Of a stretch of DNA of 64,000 bases, positions 39,064-51,057 are shown in pieces (within the stretch, counting starts at the first letter, position 1; each line of letters starts with the position of its first letter). A program made the position numbers and the translations under genes. The stretch is from Octopus sinensis. Its lineage: Eukaryota. The notes beneath the pieces are model-generated. The model was not told the origin of the DNA. It did not search any database and saw only the letters and a list, made by a program, of their open reading frames with translations. The DNA lies in NCBI RefSeq assembly GCF_006345805.1, contig NW_021831752.1, positions 248,001-312,000 on the forward strand. Reading direction: 5' to 3'.

Positions 39064-39643
39064 TTAGTTATTATCCCTTATGTATTTAACTGCAGTCTCA
39101 GCAAAAAGAGTAGGATCAGACCGTATCAAAGAGGCCGCCTCACCGTTAACCGCATTGTCGACAACAGGCTCAATAAGAAGTGCAATTAACTGAGAAACAA
39201 CTACAATTGGCATATAAAAATAACTTGAAGTCATCGAAAATGAAGGAGACCATTTAGACACGAGAATATCAAGACAAATCTCCCCATTCAATGTCACATT
39301 TGGGTGGAATATTTTGGTTATAAATGTCAACTAAGCTGTGATTTGAGAAAAACGACCACAGGCGGTTTGAGAGGGTAATCGGCAGGAAATTGGACTTTTA
39401 TTGAGAATTCCAAATCCTCAAATATAGAACCCGCCTTAAATAAGAATAAATATTAACCGGGCCTTGGAGGTGGAGATGCCAGAGATGCACTGAAATTGTT
39501 ATGAGTATGTTTTGTACTGTTGGACTCGTCGGGAATGATTAGACTGACGTTAGAACTGATGATGAGGTCATCTTTTTTAAAGTTTTGAATCTCCTAATTA
39601 TATTTATACAAATACTTACACGAGCGAGACGTCTAACCGACAT
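39064..39643 (-). CDS. Ubiquitin-conjugating enzyme E2
   Basis: Five 23-28 nt introns give [60 protein letters not shown] (HPN motif and catalytic Cys present). Confidence 0.88.
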
Positions 39644-39916
39644 ACACCACCACGCCAATTGTTTTTTATTAACAATCTATTAATAAATATATAAATAGTT
39701 AATATTAAATAATAAATTAATTAAATATATTTTAAAAGAGCACTTTAATAAGACGGGCAAAATACTTGAGAGGAATTTTATGACTTTTGGTCTTTTCAGG
39801 AAAATTTCTAAAAACAATTGCAAAGATTAAAAGAAAATAATAAAATTATAAATTAAAAGAAATAAGAAAAAAAATATTTATTAATAAATTGTGGAGTAAC
39901 ATTGTTGAGGTGGTGG

Positions 39917-40641
39917 ATGAATATAATTTCAGGATCAGCACCAACCACAATAAATCGAGTTGTTTCCTGTCTTTTAAATGACGGAATTGTGGCCCTACCA
40001 ACAGACACAATATATGGCATTGCTGGTGCTCTCCTTAGTCCCCAAGCCTTCGATAAAATATACAAAATCAAAGGCAGAGACAACAACAAACCCCTATCAA
40101 TAGCCATCAGTTCAGTCGACCAAATCTCACCGTTGTGACTAAAAATATACTTTTAGTTTGGCAAAGCTGACTGTTTCCATAAAAGTGTTGGAAAGTCTAC
40201 TTCCTGGACCGGTGACTCTTCTTTTTGAGAGAATTGGGAACAAGTGTCCTCACCTCAATGCAGGATGTCCCCTCATTGGCTTTAGAATCCCTGACCACCC
40301 TCTGATCACTCAAATCGTGTCAAAATTGGGGAATCCAATTCTTCTAACGAGTGCCAATTTGAGTGGGGAACTGAGTCCTCTTTCAATTTCGGTTTTTTTG
40401 ATGTTTTATATAAAAGGATTTTGAGGTTTTGTGGCCTGAATTGGACCTTGTGGTTGATGAAGGGAGATTGCACTGCACAGAGGACATGCGGGCTGGTTCG
40501 ACTGTGGTTGACCTGAGTTTGCCTGGTTATTTTAGGATTGTTAGAAATGGCAGGTTTTTTCACGTTTTTTGTACAATTTTTAGTGCTTTGGAGAATACGA
40601 AATGCATTTTGTTGAGTTTTGGGGTTAAAGAGTTGATTTGA
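39917..40641 (+). CDS. YRDC: Threonylcarbamoyl-AMP synthase (YrdC/Sua5 family)
   Basis: VALPTDTIYGI, KIYKIKGRDNNKPLSI, LLPGPVTL, GFRIPD, LTSANLSG, GSTVVDLS; short introns. Start codon approximate. Confidence 0.9.
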
Positions 40642-40723
40642 TTGATTTTTAAATATTTTTAAATAAATTATTTTTTGGGTTTTTAAATATTTATAAATAG
40701 TATAAATTTTTTGTTTTTGTTTT

Positions 40724-41802
40724 ATGGATCATGATTGTTTCAGGACCAAAGACTCAGTACTGTGCAAGTAAACATAAAAATGACAAAATAGATATTTTCT
40801 ATACGGCATTTGTACAAAAGGGGACGATTGCCTTTTCAGTCACGACTTGAAGAACTCTCAATCCAGTATATGCAAGTACTACCTAAGAAATGGAAACTGC
40901 AGTTATGGCTCAAGATGTCGGTAGCACGTGTGTAGCACTAAAATTAAGTTATGAACACATTTCCAAAGATCAACTTTTCAAACTCAACCACAGAAATCAT
41001 ATTTTTCCCACCCCTTTACCTAAAAAAACAATTAATCCCAAAAATCCTCCACCAACCACAGTATGGACCAAAAAACCACAAATTCCCGCCAAAACGAGTC
41101 CCTATATAATTTGTTTAAACCACGTGACTTCGTCCTGTTTCGACCAGTGTTGTCCCCACGTTCACGGAAACACGTGTCAGTACTGTGGACTGAATATTCT
41201 CGACCCTGTGAACGCGGGAATTCGAAATGAGCATTTGACTGTTTTCTTGAATATTCCACTCCTAGGCGTGTCAAAGACAGCAACAAGAGCGACAAAATTT
41301 GGAGGAATTGAAAGCGTTTAGTAGCACAATTTCTTGTGGGATTTGCCTGGAGAATGTGATGGAATGCAAAGAGGACTGTCGGTTTGGGGTACTCGATGGA
41401 TGTTCTCACTCCTTCTGTTATGCATGCATTTTTAATTGGCGGAAATCGAATAATTATGAGGCTGAGTTGACCAGGAGTTGTCCACTGTGTCGAAAGATAT
41501 CATATTTGGTCATTCCCAGTACAACATGGTACAGAAATGTGAGTGAAAAAGAGAATATTGTGACAAAATTCAAGGAAGGAGCCAAGTCGGATTTGGTTTA
41601 TTATTTTAGGAAGGTTTTGTGTGCTCGATTTGATAAAGGACGGGGAAAGTGCCCATTTGGGACGAGTTGTCTGTACAGACATGTGATGGCTGATGGAAGG
41701 TCACCCTCTCCACATACACAAAGGAGACTTGCCAAGACTTCGTTGTATAATTTGTATGATTTGATTGGGGATATTTACTCCAGTGAAGAAATTAGTGATT
41801 AA
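40724..41802 (+). CDS. Makorin E3 ubiquitin ligase (CCCH fingers + RING)
   Basis: [82 protein letters not shown], final [16 protein letters not shown]. Confidence 0.9.
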
Positions 41803-41872
41803 ATAATTTTTGTTAATTTTAAAAATATATTTTTTGATTGAGTGAGGTTGGTTGTGGTTATTTAATGAGAGA

Positions 41873-42105
41873 ATGAGTAACAAACAAGTACGTGAAAATT
41901 GTTGGAAATATCGAGACTTGTATTTTTCTTGCTTGAAAGAAAATGAAGAACAGGCGGATAAATGTGAAAAATTATTTGAGTTGTTCAATTCAAATTGTTC
42001 GAAAGTTTGGGTATTTCATTTATTTTTATATGCAAGGTTAAGTATTTCATAAAGCAGAGAACACTCGAAAATATGAAAAATAAATTGGAAAATGATAAAA
42101 CTTAA
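41873..42105 (+). CDS. COA6: Cytochrome c oxidase assembly factor 6
   Basis: MSNKQVRENCWKYRDLYFSCLKENEEQADKCEKLFELFNSNCSKVW|VKYFIKQR: CX9C-CX10C pattern, one short intron. Confidence 0.88.
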
Positions 42106-42214
42106 TTTTTCTAATCGAAATTTTTTTCTAAATTCAGACAAATTTTAGTGGTTTTATTCGTAAAATTTAATTTAAGCAATACTTTTTGGGTTAAATCTTA
42201 ATATAAAAATGTCT

Positions 42215-42930
42215 AAAAAAATTGTGTTATTTGGGTCAGAGAGGATCGCTTGGCTATTGAAATTATTTTTCAGAGCCATGACGATTCCCGAGGCTCATTT
42301 TTCCTGGAAGCAATTTTTTTCTCGATGTCGTTTATAAATACAGTGGTTGAATTTTTTGTTATTCCGGAAGTTTCAAATGCGAAGGGAAAAAGTGATCTAC
42401 AAAGAGAGTTCGATATTTAATAGTTTTGTGCCCAGAAGTCATACTCCCAAATCTTAGCACAAGTATTTCCTGCTTTCCGCAGATATCATCAAATTTGACT
42501 CAGTTGATGATTTTAGGGGTTTCTCTAAGTTTAATAGGAAATTAAGCTACCACGGCAAGCAGTGTAGTATGTATAGGAATATGTATGCTATTCTTCAGCA
42601 AGAAGAAAGAGTTGTGTGAGTTAAGACAAATACGTCGATTTGTTGGCTTGTATAGTTCTTCGTCTCTGGGGACTATTTGGATCCAGGACTCAATAATTTG
42701 GTTTCTCCTGAAGGCGTTCTTATAGTCAAGGTTGACTGTCACCTGAGGAGAAGCGTGGCTGGGGTTGAAGAATTTGTGAACTGCAGCGGCTTCGCTGGAG
42801 AGCGTGTTTCTAATCAGGGGATGAAGAACACTCTTTGCAGGAGCTTTCTACGAGTCTGAGAAAGTAATATTCGACTGCAATCAGACGAATTCCACCGTAT
42901 CTCCTCATGAATAAAAGAAAGTCTGCCGAG
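42215..42930 (-). mobile_element. Internally deleted, decayed CRE-type retroelement
   Basis: YGGIRLIAVEYYFLRLV and VNLDYKNAF (RT), followed by FFPFAFETSG and EPRESSWL (RLE C-terminus). Confidence 0.7.
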
Positions 42931-43157
42931 AAAATAATCTACAAAATATTTACTTTTAATATTGTGTCACATGCCCCACGCGTTACCATGCCCCACGCGT
43001 ACCATGCTCTAAATTTCTAAAATTCAATTAAAATATTTTTAGACGATTGAAATATATTTACTTATTAATTAAAAATTAATAATATTATGGATTTGTATTT
43101 TTTCAATGCTTAACCATTAAAATTAAAAAACAATAATTAAGCATGCTGTTTATTGTC

Positions 43158-43350
43158 GGGGTTAGGGCTAAGGTAAAGATTAGGGTTAGGGTAAAGGTTA
43201 GGGTTAAAGGTTGGGGTTAGGGTTGGGGTTAGGGTAAAGGTAGGGTAAAGGTTGGGGTTAGGGTTAGGGTAAAGGTTAGGGTAAAGGTTAGGGTAAAGGT
43301 TGGGGTTAGGTTAGGGTAAAGGTTAGGGCAAAGGTTGGGGTTAGGGTTTG
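43158..43350 (+). repeat. Degenerate interstitial telomere-like tract (TTAGGG/TTGGGG/TAAAGG)
   Basis: About 190 bp of GGTTAGGG, GGTTGGGG and GGTAAAGG units read directly from the sequence. Confidence 0.9.
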
Positions 43351-43624
43351 AAAAAATTTGAAAAGGCTTGTTGTGATACTGTCACGATCAAATCAATCTT
43401 TCTTATAACCGCGTTAATGTAGAATTTTCGAATGGAGATACAAAGATAGTTTACATGAAAAGAATCAAATAAAGGACAAAATAATTAATTTTAAATTTTT
43501 ATAACTATCAATTATGTTGCTTTAAGCTTTTCACACAATTCACATCATTTAAAATATGTTTTAATGTCCGTAGCAGTCATAATGTTTTGTTGTATTAAAA
43601 ATATTATTTTAATTTATTTATTTT

Positions 43625-44560
43625 AAAATCTCTTGTATGTCTGGACATCTCAAAGGCTTTTGACAGCGTCTGGCACAGAGACCTCCTGGAAAGGATCGAA
43701 CTCTGTGAGCCAACAGCGGAAGTCTTCCTCTGGATGCGCTGCTTCCTCTCAAATCGCTACTCTTTATCTCTGAGTCGGGCTTCTTCTCAAGATATATTTC
43801 GCTCCGAAGGGGGGTTCCGCAGGGGTCCTGTCTCAGCCCAATCTTTTTCAATTTGGTAATGAGCAGTTTCCCCACACCCTCCGATCCCAGGACATCCCTA
43901 CTCCCTACGCGGACGATGTTCTCGTTCTGGACACCTCGATGGACACCAATGCCTCGGAGAAACGACTTGCCGGCTACATTGAGGAGATAAAGAATTGGTG
44001 CATTGGTAAGCGACCTCGCTGGCCATGGACAAAATTGCATATCTCCAAATTAACCCAAGAAAGTCGCAAGATCGCAAACCCGGCTCTTTGGTGGAAATTG
44101 CTCGCCCTGAGAGCATACGTTACCTGGGGCTCACAATCGACGCAAACTCGAGATACATTTGCATTTCAAACGGAGAAAAGGGAAAGCCATCGCCGCTCTC
44201 CGACTCCTAAGAAGCATGCACTTGAATCCAAATACCTTCCTATTTGTATACCATGCAACAATCTTGCCCAGCTACTGTATGGTATGGAAGCTTGGTTCTA
44301 CTCGAAACAATATGAGAAAATTCTGCGAAAATGCGAAAAAAATACGGAGATACGCTCTAAAACTAGCCTATATGCTAAATCCATGGAAGCCTGTCCCAAG
44401 CGGGACGGAGAGCAAGTCTCCAGAGCTACGGCAGGCCATCGAGGCTTCTATCCGAACTTTTCGGAAACGCTCTAAAGAACTGACCTATTCATCGATCGTG
44501 GAGAATAGCAGGTGTCCCTGCTCATAGACAGACAAAGCGGACGAACCCATGGAAGAGCTC
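43625..44560 (+). mobile_element. 5'-truncated LINE RT fragment
   Basis: CLDISKAFDSVWH, GVPQGSCLSPIFF, PYADDVL; frameshifted. Confidence 0.85.
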
Positions 44561-44699
44561 GAATGCCCAAAGCAATCGTCTCGTCAAAATTACTTTCCGC
44601 ACTAATTTTCTGTCTCGCTCTTCTTTCTTACAATAAAATTCTTCGTTCGTTCATCCATCTAGCCCTGTCTTTATACACTCAATTCGTCGATTGTAAAGG

Positions 44700-45598
44700 C
44701 TCTGGATTTCAAAGAGTGTCTGACAATTGTGTCTCTAGACATCTCAAAAGCCTTGATATGGTTGGCACCTCGGTCTCCTTAGACATCTGGCGAAGTGTCA
44801 CATAGACAAAGGACTATTCCTATGGCTAAAAGACTTCCTCCGCGACAGGCGCTCTGTGATAAGCTTTCTGAACTATGACTCGGATGAACTGAAACTTTAA
44901 AGAGGCGTCCCTCAAGGATCAGTCCTCAGTCCTCTATTATTCAACATTGTGATGAGCAATCTGCCGTCTCCTGTCAACACACGGACGGAAATTTTGATAT
45001 ACGCCGATGATGTGTAATCCTTGACATTTTCGAAACCTGCCTTATCCGAACAAAGGATTATATCATATATGAATACAGTGGAGGCAAGGTTGCGATGAAA
45101 ATATGTTCATTATTGCGCGTGAGAAGTCCGCATTACTGAGAATCACAGAAAGCAGAAATTTAATAAATTTACCGTGCCTGATCAAGAACATACCTGACCA
45201 AAACTCAATTAAATATCTTGGCTTGTTCATCGATGAAAAGGGAAACTATCTCGAAAACGCAAAATTAAGTAAAAGGAAAGCAACTAATGCTCTGTTTCTG
45301 CTGAGGAAGTTAAATTGGAGCCTGATACTTTCCTCTACGTTTTCAATACGGTGATCCTACCGGGACTACTATACGGAAAAGAGGGATGGTACTTCTCTAA
45401 AAAAGGACACCATCTTAACTAAATTTGAAAAGTCTCGCAGGCTCGCTTTGAAGCTTGCTTACCACCAAAAAGTTTGAAGATCCAATCCCCCTGTGGCTTG
45501 AAAGTAAATCCTCCATGTCGTGTGTGAAAACTGTCGAAAAAGCTATAAGTGGTTATAAATCCAACTCAATTGTCACTGGGACGTACCTGCAGAGGTAG

Positions 45599-45632
<34 letters not shown>
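44700..45632 (+). mobile_element. Second 5'-truncated LINE RT fragment ending in poly(A)
   Basis: SLDISKALDMV, GVPQGSVLSPLLFNIV, IYADDV, KYLGLFID; ~33-nt A-run at 45600-45632. Confidence 0.8.
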
Positions 45633-45635
<3 letters not shown>

Positions 45636-46019
45636 ACTTGAGGGGGTCTCTTTTTTTTCTGGGAAGAAGTCGATAGGGTAGTCCTATTGTTTCATTATAC
45701 AAACTCCCCCTAACCTTTAACCTTCTCTGTTTCCAATAAAACTTCCTATCCTATTTCTATAAATATGTTAATACAGTCAAATCTTAATAATAAAATGGTA
45801 TGGTGTGTGTCTGTCTGTGTGTCTGTCTGTGCACACCCACATTCAAATTGTTACAAACCAGATCAAATTGTCAAAACCTTCCTTTTGTAGTTATTCGATA
45901 ATGAGGCACAATAAAAGGTTGATATCCTCTAAGAACCTTCCGCTCAAAAATTTTTAATAAGAAAGAATATCCTCGATGATGAGGTCCCAAAACCTTCAAG
46001 TCAAATTTTCTGCGTTTTT

Positions 46020-49000
46020 GTTAAAATGAACACAAGAAAGTCCTCGACTCACATGATGTGGTCCCCCAAAACCTTCAAGCCAAAAAATTAAAAAAAATTA
46101 TTTTCTGCGTTTTTGTTAAAATGAACAACAAGAAGTCCTCGACTCACATGATGTGGTCCCCCAAAACCTTCAAGCCAAAAAATTAAAAAAAATTATTTTC
46201 TGCGTTTTTGTTAAAATGACCAACAAGAAAGTCCTCGACTCACATGATGTGGCCCCAAAACCTTCAAGCCCAAAAATTAAAAAAAAATTATTTTCTGCGT
46301 TTTTGTTTTAAAATGACCAACAAGAAAGTCCTCGACTCACATGATGTGGTCCCCCAAAACCTTCAAGCCAAAAAATTAAAAAAAATTATTTTCTGCGTTT
46401 TTGTTAAAATGAACAACAAGAAAGTCCTCGACTCACATGATGTGGTCCCCCAAAACCTTCAAGCCAAAAAATTAAAAAAAATTATTTTCTGCGTTTTGTT
46501 AAAATGAACAACAAGAAAGTCCTCGACTCACATGATGTGGTCCCCCAAAACCTTCAAGCAAAAAATTAAAAAAAATTATTTTCTGCGTTTTTGTTAAAAT
46601 GAACAACAAGAAAGTCCTCGACTCACATGATGTGGTCCCCAAAACCTTCAAGCCAAAAATTAAAAAAAATTATTTTCTGCGTTTTGTTAAAATGAACAAC
46701 AAGAAAGTCCTCGACTCACATGATGTGGTCCCCCAAACCTTCAAGCCAAAAAAATAAAAAAAATTATTTTCTGCGTTTTTGTTAAAATGAACAACAAGAA
46801 AGTCCTCGACTCACATGATGTGGTCCCCCAAAACCTTCAAGCCAAAAAATTAAAAAAAATTATTTTCTGCGTTTTTGTTAAAATGAACAACAAGAAAGTC
46901 CTCGACTCACATGATGTGGTCCCCAAAACCTTCAAGCCAAAAAATTAAAAAATTATTTTCTGCGTTTTTGTTAAAATGAACAACAAGAAAGTCCTCGACT
47001 CACATGATGTGGTCCCCAAAACCTTCAAGCCAAAAAATTAAAAAAAATTATTTTCTGCGTTTTTGTTAAAATGAACAACAAGAAAGTCCTCGACTCACAT
47101 GATGTGGTCCCCAAAACCTTCAAGCCAAAAAATTAAAAAAATTATTTTCTGCGTTTTTGTTAAAATGAACAACAAGAAAGTCCTCGACACATGATGTGGT
47201 CCCCCAAAACCTTCAAGCCAAAAAATTAAAAAAAATTATTTTCTGCGTTTTTGTTAAAATGAACAACAAGAAAGTCCTCGACTCACATGATGTGGTCCCC
47301 AAAACCTTCAAGCCAAAAAATTAAAAAAAATTATTTCTGCGTTTTTGTTAAAATGAACAACAGAAAGTCCTCGACTCACATGATGTAGTCCCCCAAAACC
47401 TTCAAGCCAAAAAATTAAAAAAAATTATTTTCTGCGTTTTGTTAAATGAACAACAAGAAAGTCCTCGACTCACATGATGTGGTCCCCCAAAACTTCAAGC
47501 TAAAAAATTAAAAAAATTATTTTCTGCTTTTTGTTAAAATGAACAACAAGAAAGTCCTCGACTCACATGATGTGGTCCCCCAAAACCTTCAAGCCAAAAA
47601 ATTAAAAAAAATTATTTCTGCGTTTTGTTAAAATGAACAACAAGAAAGTCCTCGACTCACATGATGTGGTTCCCCAAACCTCAAGCAAAAAAAATTAAAA
47701 AAAATTATTTTCTGCGTTTTTGTTAAAATGAAAACAAGAAAGTCCTCGACTCACATGATGTAGTCCCCCAAAACCTTCAAGCCAAAAATAAAAAAAAAAT
47801 TATTTTCTGCGTTTTTGTTAAAATGAACAACAAGAAAGTCCTCGACTCACATGATGTGGTCCCCCAAAACCTTCAAGCTAAAAAATTAAAAAAATTATTT
47901 TCTGCGTTTTTGTTAAAATGAACAACAAGAAAGTCCTCGACTCACATGATGTGGTCCCCCAAAACCTTCAAGCCAAAAAATTAAAAAAAATTATTTTCTG
48001 CGTTTTTGTTAAAATGAACAACAAGAAAGTCCTCGACTCACATGATGTGGTCCCCCAAACCTTCAAGCCAAAAAATTAAAAAAAATTATTTTCTGCGTTT
48101 TTGTTAAAATGAACAACAAGAAAGTCCTCGACTCACATGATGTGGTTCCCCAAACCTTCAAGCTAAAAATTAAAAAAATATTTTCTGCGTTTTTGTTAAA
48201 ATGAACAACAAGAAAGTCCTCGACTCACATGATGTGGTCCCCCAAAACCTTCAAGCCAAAAATTAAAAAAAATTATTTTCTGCGTTTTTGTTAAAATGAA
48301 CAACAAGAAAGTCCTCGACTCACATGATGTGGTCCCCCAAAACCTTCAAGCTAAAAAATTAAAAAAATTATTTTCTGCGTTTTTGTTAAAATGAACAACA
48401 AGAAAGTCCTCGACTCACATGATGTGGTCCCCCAAAACCTTCAAGCCAAAAAATTAAAAAAAATTATTTTCTGCGTTTTTGTTAAAATGAACAACAAGAA
48501 AGTCCTCGACTCACATGATGTGGTCCCCCAAAACCTTCAAGCTAAAAAATTAAAAAAAATTATTTTCTGCGTTTTTGTTAAAATGAACAACAAGAAAGTC
48601 CTCGACTCACATGATGTGGCCCCCCAAAACCTTCAAGGTAAAAAATTAAAAAAATTATTTTCTGCGTTTTTGTTAAAATGAACAACAAGAAGTCCTCGAC
48701 TCACATGATGTGGTCCCCCAAAACCTCAAGGTAAAAAATTAAAAAAATTATTTTCTGCGTTTTGTGTTAAAATGAACAACAAGAAAGTCCTCGACTCACA
48801 TGATGTGGTCCCCCAAAACTTCAAGCCAAAAAATTAAAAAAATTATTTTCTGCGTTTTTGTTAAAATAAACAACAAGAAAGTCCTCGACTCACATGATGT
48901 GGTCCCCCAAAACCTTCAAGCCAAAAAATTAAAAAAAATTATTTTCTGCGTTTTTGTTAAAATGAACAACAAGAAAGTCCTCGACTCACATGATGTGGTC

Positions 49001-49390
49001 CCTCAAAACTTCAAGCCAAAAAATTAAAAAAAATTATTTTCTGCGTTTTGTTAAAATGAACAACAAGAAAGTCCTCGACTCACATGATGTGGTCCCTCAA
49101 AACCTTCAAGCCAAAAAATTAAAAAAAATTATTTTCTGCGTTTTTGTTAAATGAACAAAAGAAAGTCCTCGACTCACATGATGTGGTCCCCAAAACCTTC
49201 AAGCCCAAAAATTAAAAAAAAATATTTTCTGCGTTTTTTGTTAAAATGAACGACAAGAAAGTCCTCGACTCACATGATGTGGTCCCCAAAACCTTCAAGC
49301 CCAAAAATTAAAAAAAAATATTTTCTGCGTTTTTGTTAAAATGAACGACAAGAAAGTCCTCGACTCACATGATGAGGTCCTCCACAACCT
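46020..49390 (+). repeat. ~96-bp tandem repeat, about 35 units, inside Helitron 3
   Basis: Unit AAAATGAACAACAAGAAAGTCCTCGACTCACATGATGTGGTCCCCCAAAACCTTCAAGCCAAAAAATTAAAAAAAATTATTTTCTGCGTTTTTGTT; homologous to the 94-bp unit. Unit count estimated from array length. Confidence 0.95.
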
Positions 49391-50109
49391 TCAAGCCTCG
49401 TGAGGCCATTAATTAGCTTAGCTATCTTTTTTCGATGACATAAATCTTTTTTTGTTAAATTTTCGTTAAAAAAAATAAAATAAAAGCTCTAATTGTTATC
49501 GACCATGAATAGACTGTGCAATTATCAGATTTTGAAAACCACTAAAAAGGAAAAAGCAAAAATTATTAGAGATTTACATAATTGATTCTTTTTAACTGCC
49601 GAAACTGACAAATTCGATTATGCTACTGTTTAGATTTCTTAAAGATAGAGGCAAATAAAATTTAAATTAGTCATGTAAATTTCAATTTGCCTATATTTAA
49701 ATCTCCTTGATTTAACAGGCTTTAATTTTTTTCCTTATAATACTACAAAGATGAAGCTGATTATCATTTTCTTTACCGAAACAGACAAGTTCGATTATGC
49801 TAAAGTTTCAATTCCTTTAAACATAGAGGCAATTAAGTATAATGGCTTTGATTGGATAATACACTTTACATAAATTTCACTAAATAAATTTACGTAGAAA
49901 ATTTAATATAAATTACTGATTCGCGTTTACAAATCATAAGAATGTCCTATAAAGAGAGATCTGAGAATGTTAACAAACAAGAGAATATGAACCATATAAC
50001 AAAAAAGAGAAACGAGGGAAGATGTGCTTAAATGGTGAGGGAACTTAGACAACAGCAGCAGGAACAAGGTCAGGACTGCTGTTAGACTCAACTACGGGTA
50101 ATAGAATTA

Positions 50110-50930
50110 TGCATTCTAGGTTAATTGTTTGGGATGAATGTACGATGGCTCATAAAGGCGCATTCAAGCAGTTGACCGAACATATAGAGATATCAAGAAT
50201 TGTAGCGACCATTTGTTTGGGGGAGCATTAGTTGTATTGGCAGGTGATTTTAGACAGACGCTGCCAATTATTCAAAGAGGGACGCCTGCGGATGAATTGA
50301 ATGCCTGCCTCAAATCGTCATATTTGTGGACACACGTGAAAAAGGTAAGCTTAGATGTAAATGTACATGCACATTTACAAGGCGTTAATAGCATATTCCC
50401 ACAAATCCTTCTAGATATTGGAAATGGGGCAATCACTTCAGAAATGCACGACCAGAAAATTAGGCTACCGGAAGGAAGAATTATTATTTTCGTAGAAACA
50501 GCAGAAGAATTATTGAATGCCGTCTATTCCGAACTATCTGAACACTACGTGAATTTCGACTGGCTGCGTGAACGAGCTATATTAGCTCCACAATAATGAT
50601 GGAGGTACTTAATATAAATTAGATTTATTAATGAAAATCCCTGGCAGAGAGAAAATATATAAATCGGTCGACGTTATTATGGACCATGAAAGGGCCTGCG
50701 ATAGATTTAAGAGACTACAATTTCCGCTGAAGATAAGTTTTGCTATGACAATAAACAAGGCCCAGGGACAGTCTTTAAAGGTAGTAGGCTTATTTTTAGA
50801 GAACGAGTGCTTTTCACATGGCCAGCTGTGTGGGGTGCTCAAGGTAGGTATAGAAGAGAAATTTATTTATATTTGCCAAGGATGGACGGACTGCAAACAT
50901 CGTTTATCCACAGGCCTTAGAATAAGGTTA
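50110..50930 (+). pseudogene. Helitron PIF1-like helicase remnant
   Basis: LFGGALVVLAGDFRQTLPII, WLRERAILAP, FAMTINKAQGQSL; internal deletion, stops and frameshifts. Confidence 0.88.
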
Positions 50931-51057
50931 TATCAAAGCAGGTTGCATTATATATCTACATAAATTTATAGTTATTTAAGGAAACTGCGAGCGTAGCGAG
51001 CAGGGCCTCCGCAGGAGCTAGCTCGCAGTGAGCGAAGCGAACTGCTGAGCTAGTTAA

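Larger units (their letters stand above)
45782..51053 (+). mobile_element. Non-autonomous Helitron copy 3 (second subfamily)
   Basis: Same TCTTAATAATAAAATGGTATGG start after A, short GTCT run, large array, longer PIF1 remnant, GCAGT-GAGCGAAGCGA-ACTGC hairpin, CTAG|T end. Confidence 0.92.

Noticed and set aside
39064-39643. E2 gene as UBE2T, partnering FANCD2
   Set aside because: It lacks the UBE2T-type LKLPPKGAW insertion after the catalytic Cys; only a generic E2 call is supported.
25590-49390. CRISPR array interpretation of the long regular repeats
   Set aside because: Units are head-to-tail with no unique spacers, lie inside Helitrons, and the context is eukaryotic with no cas genes.
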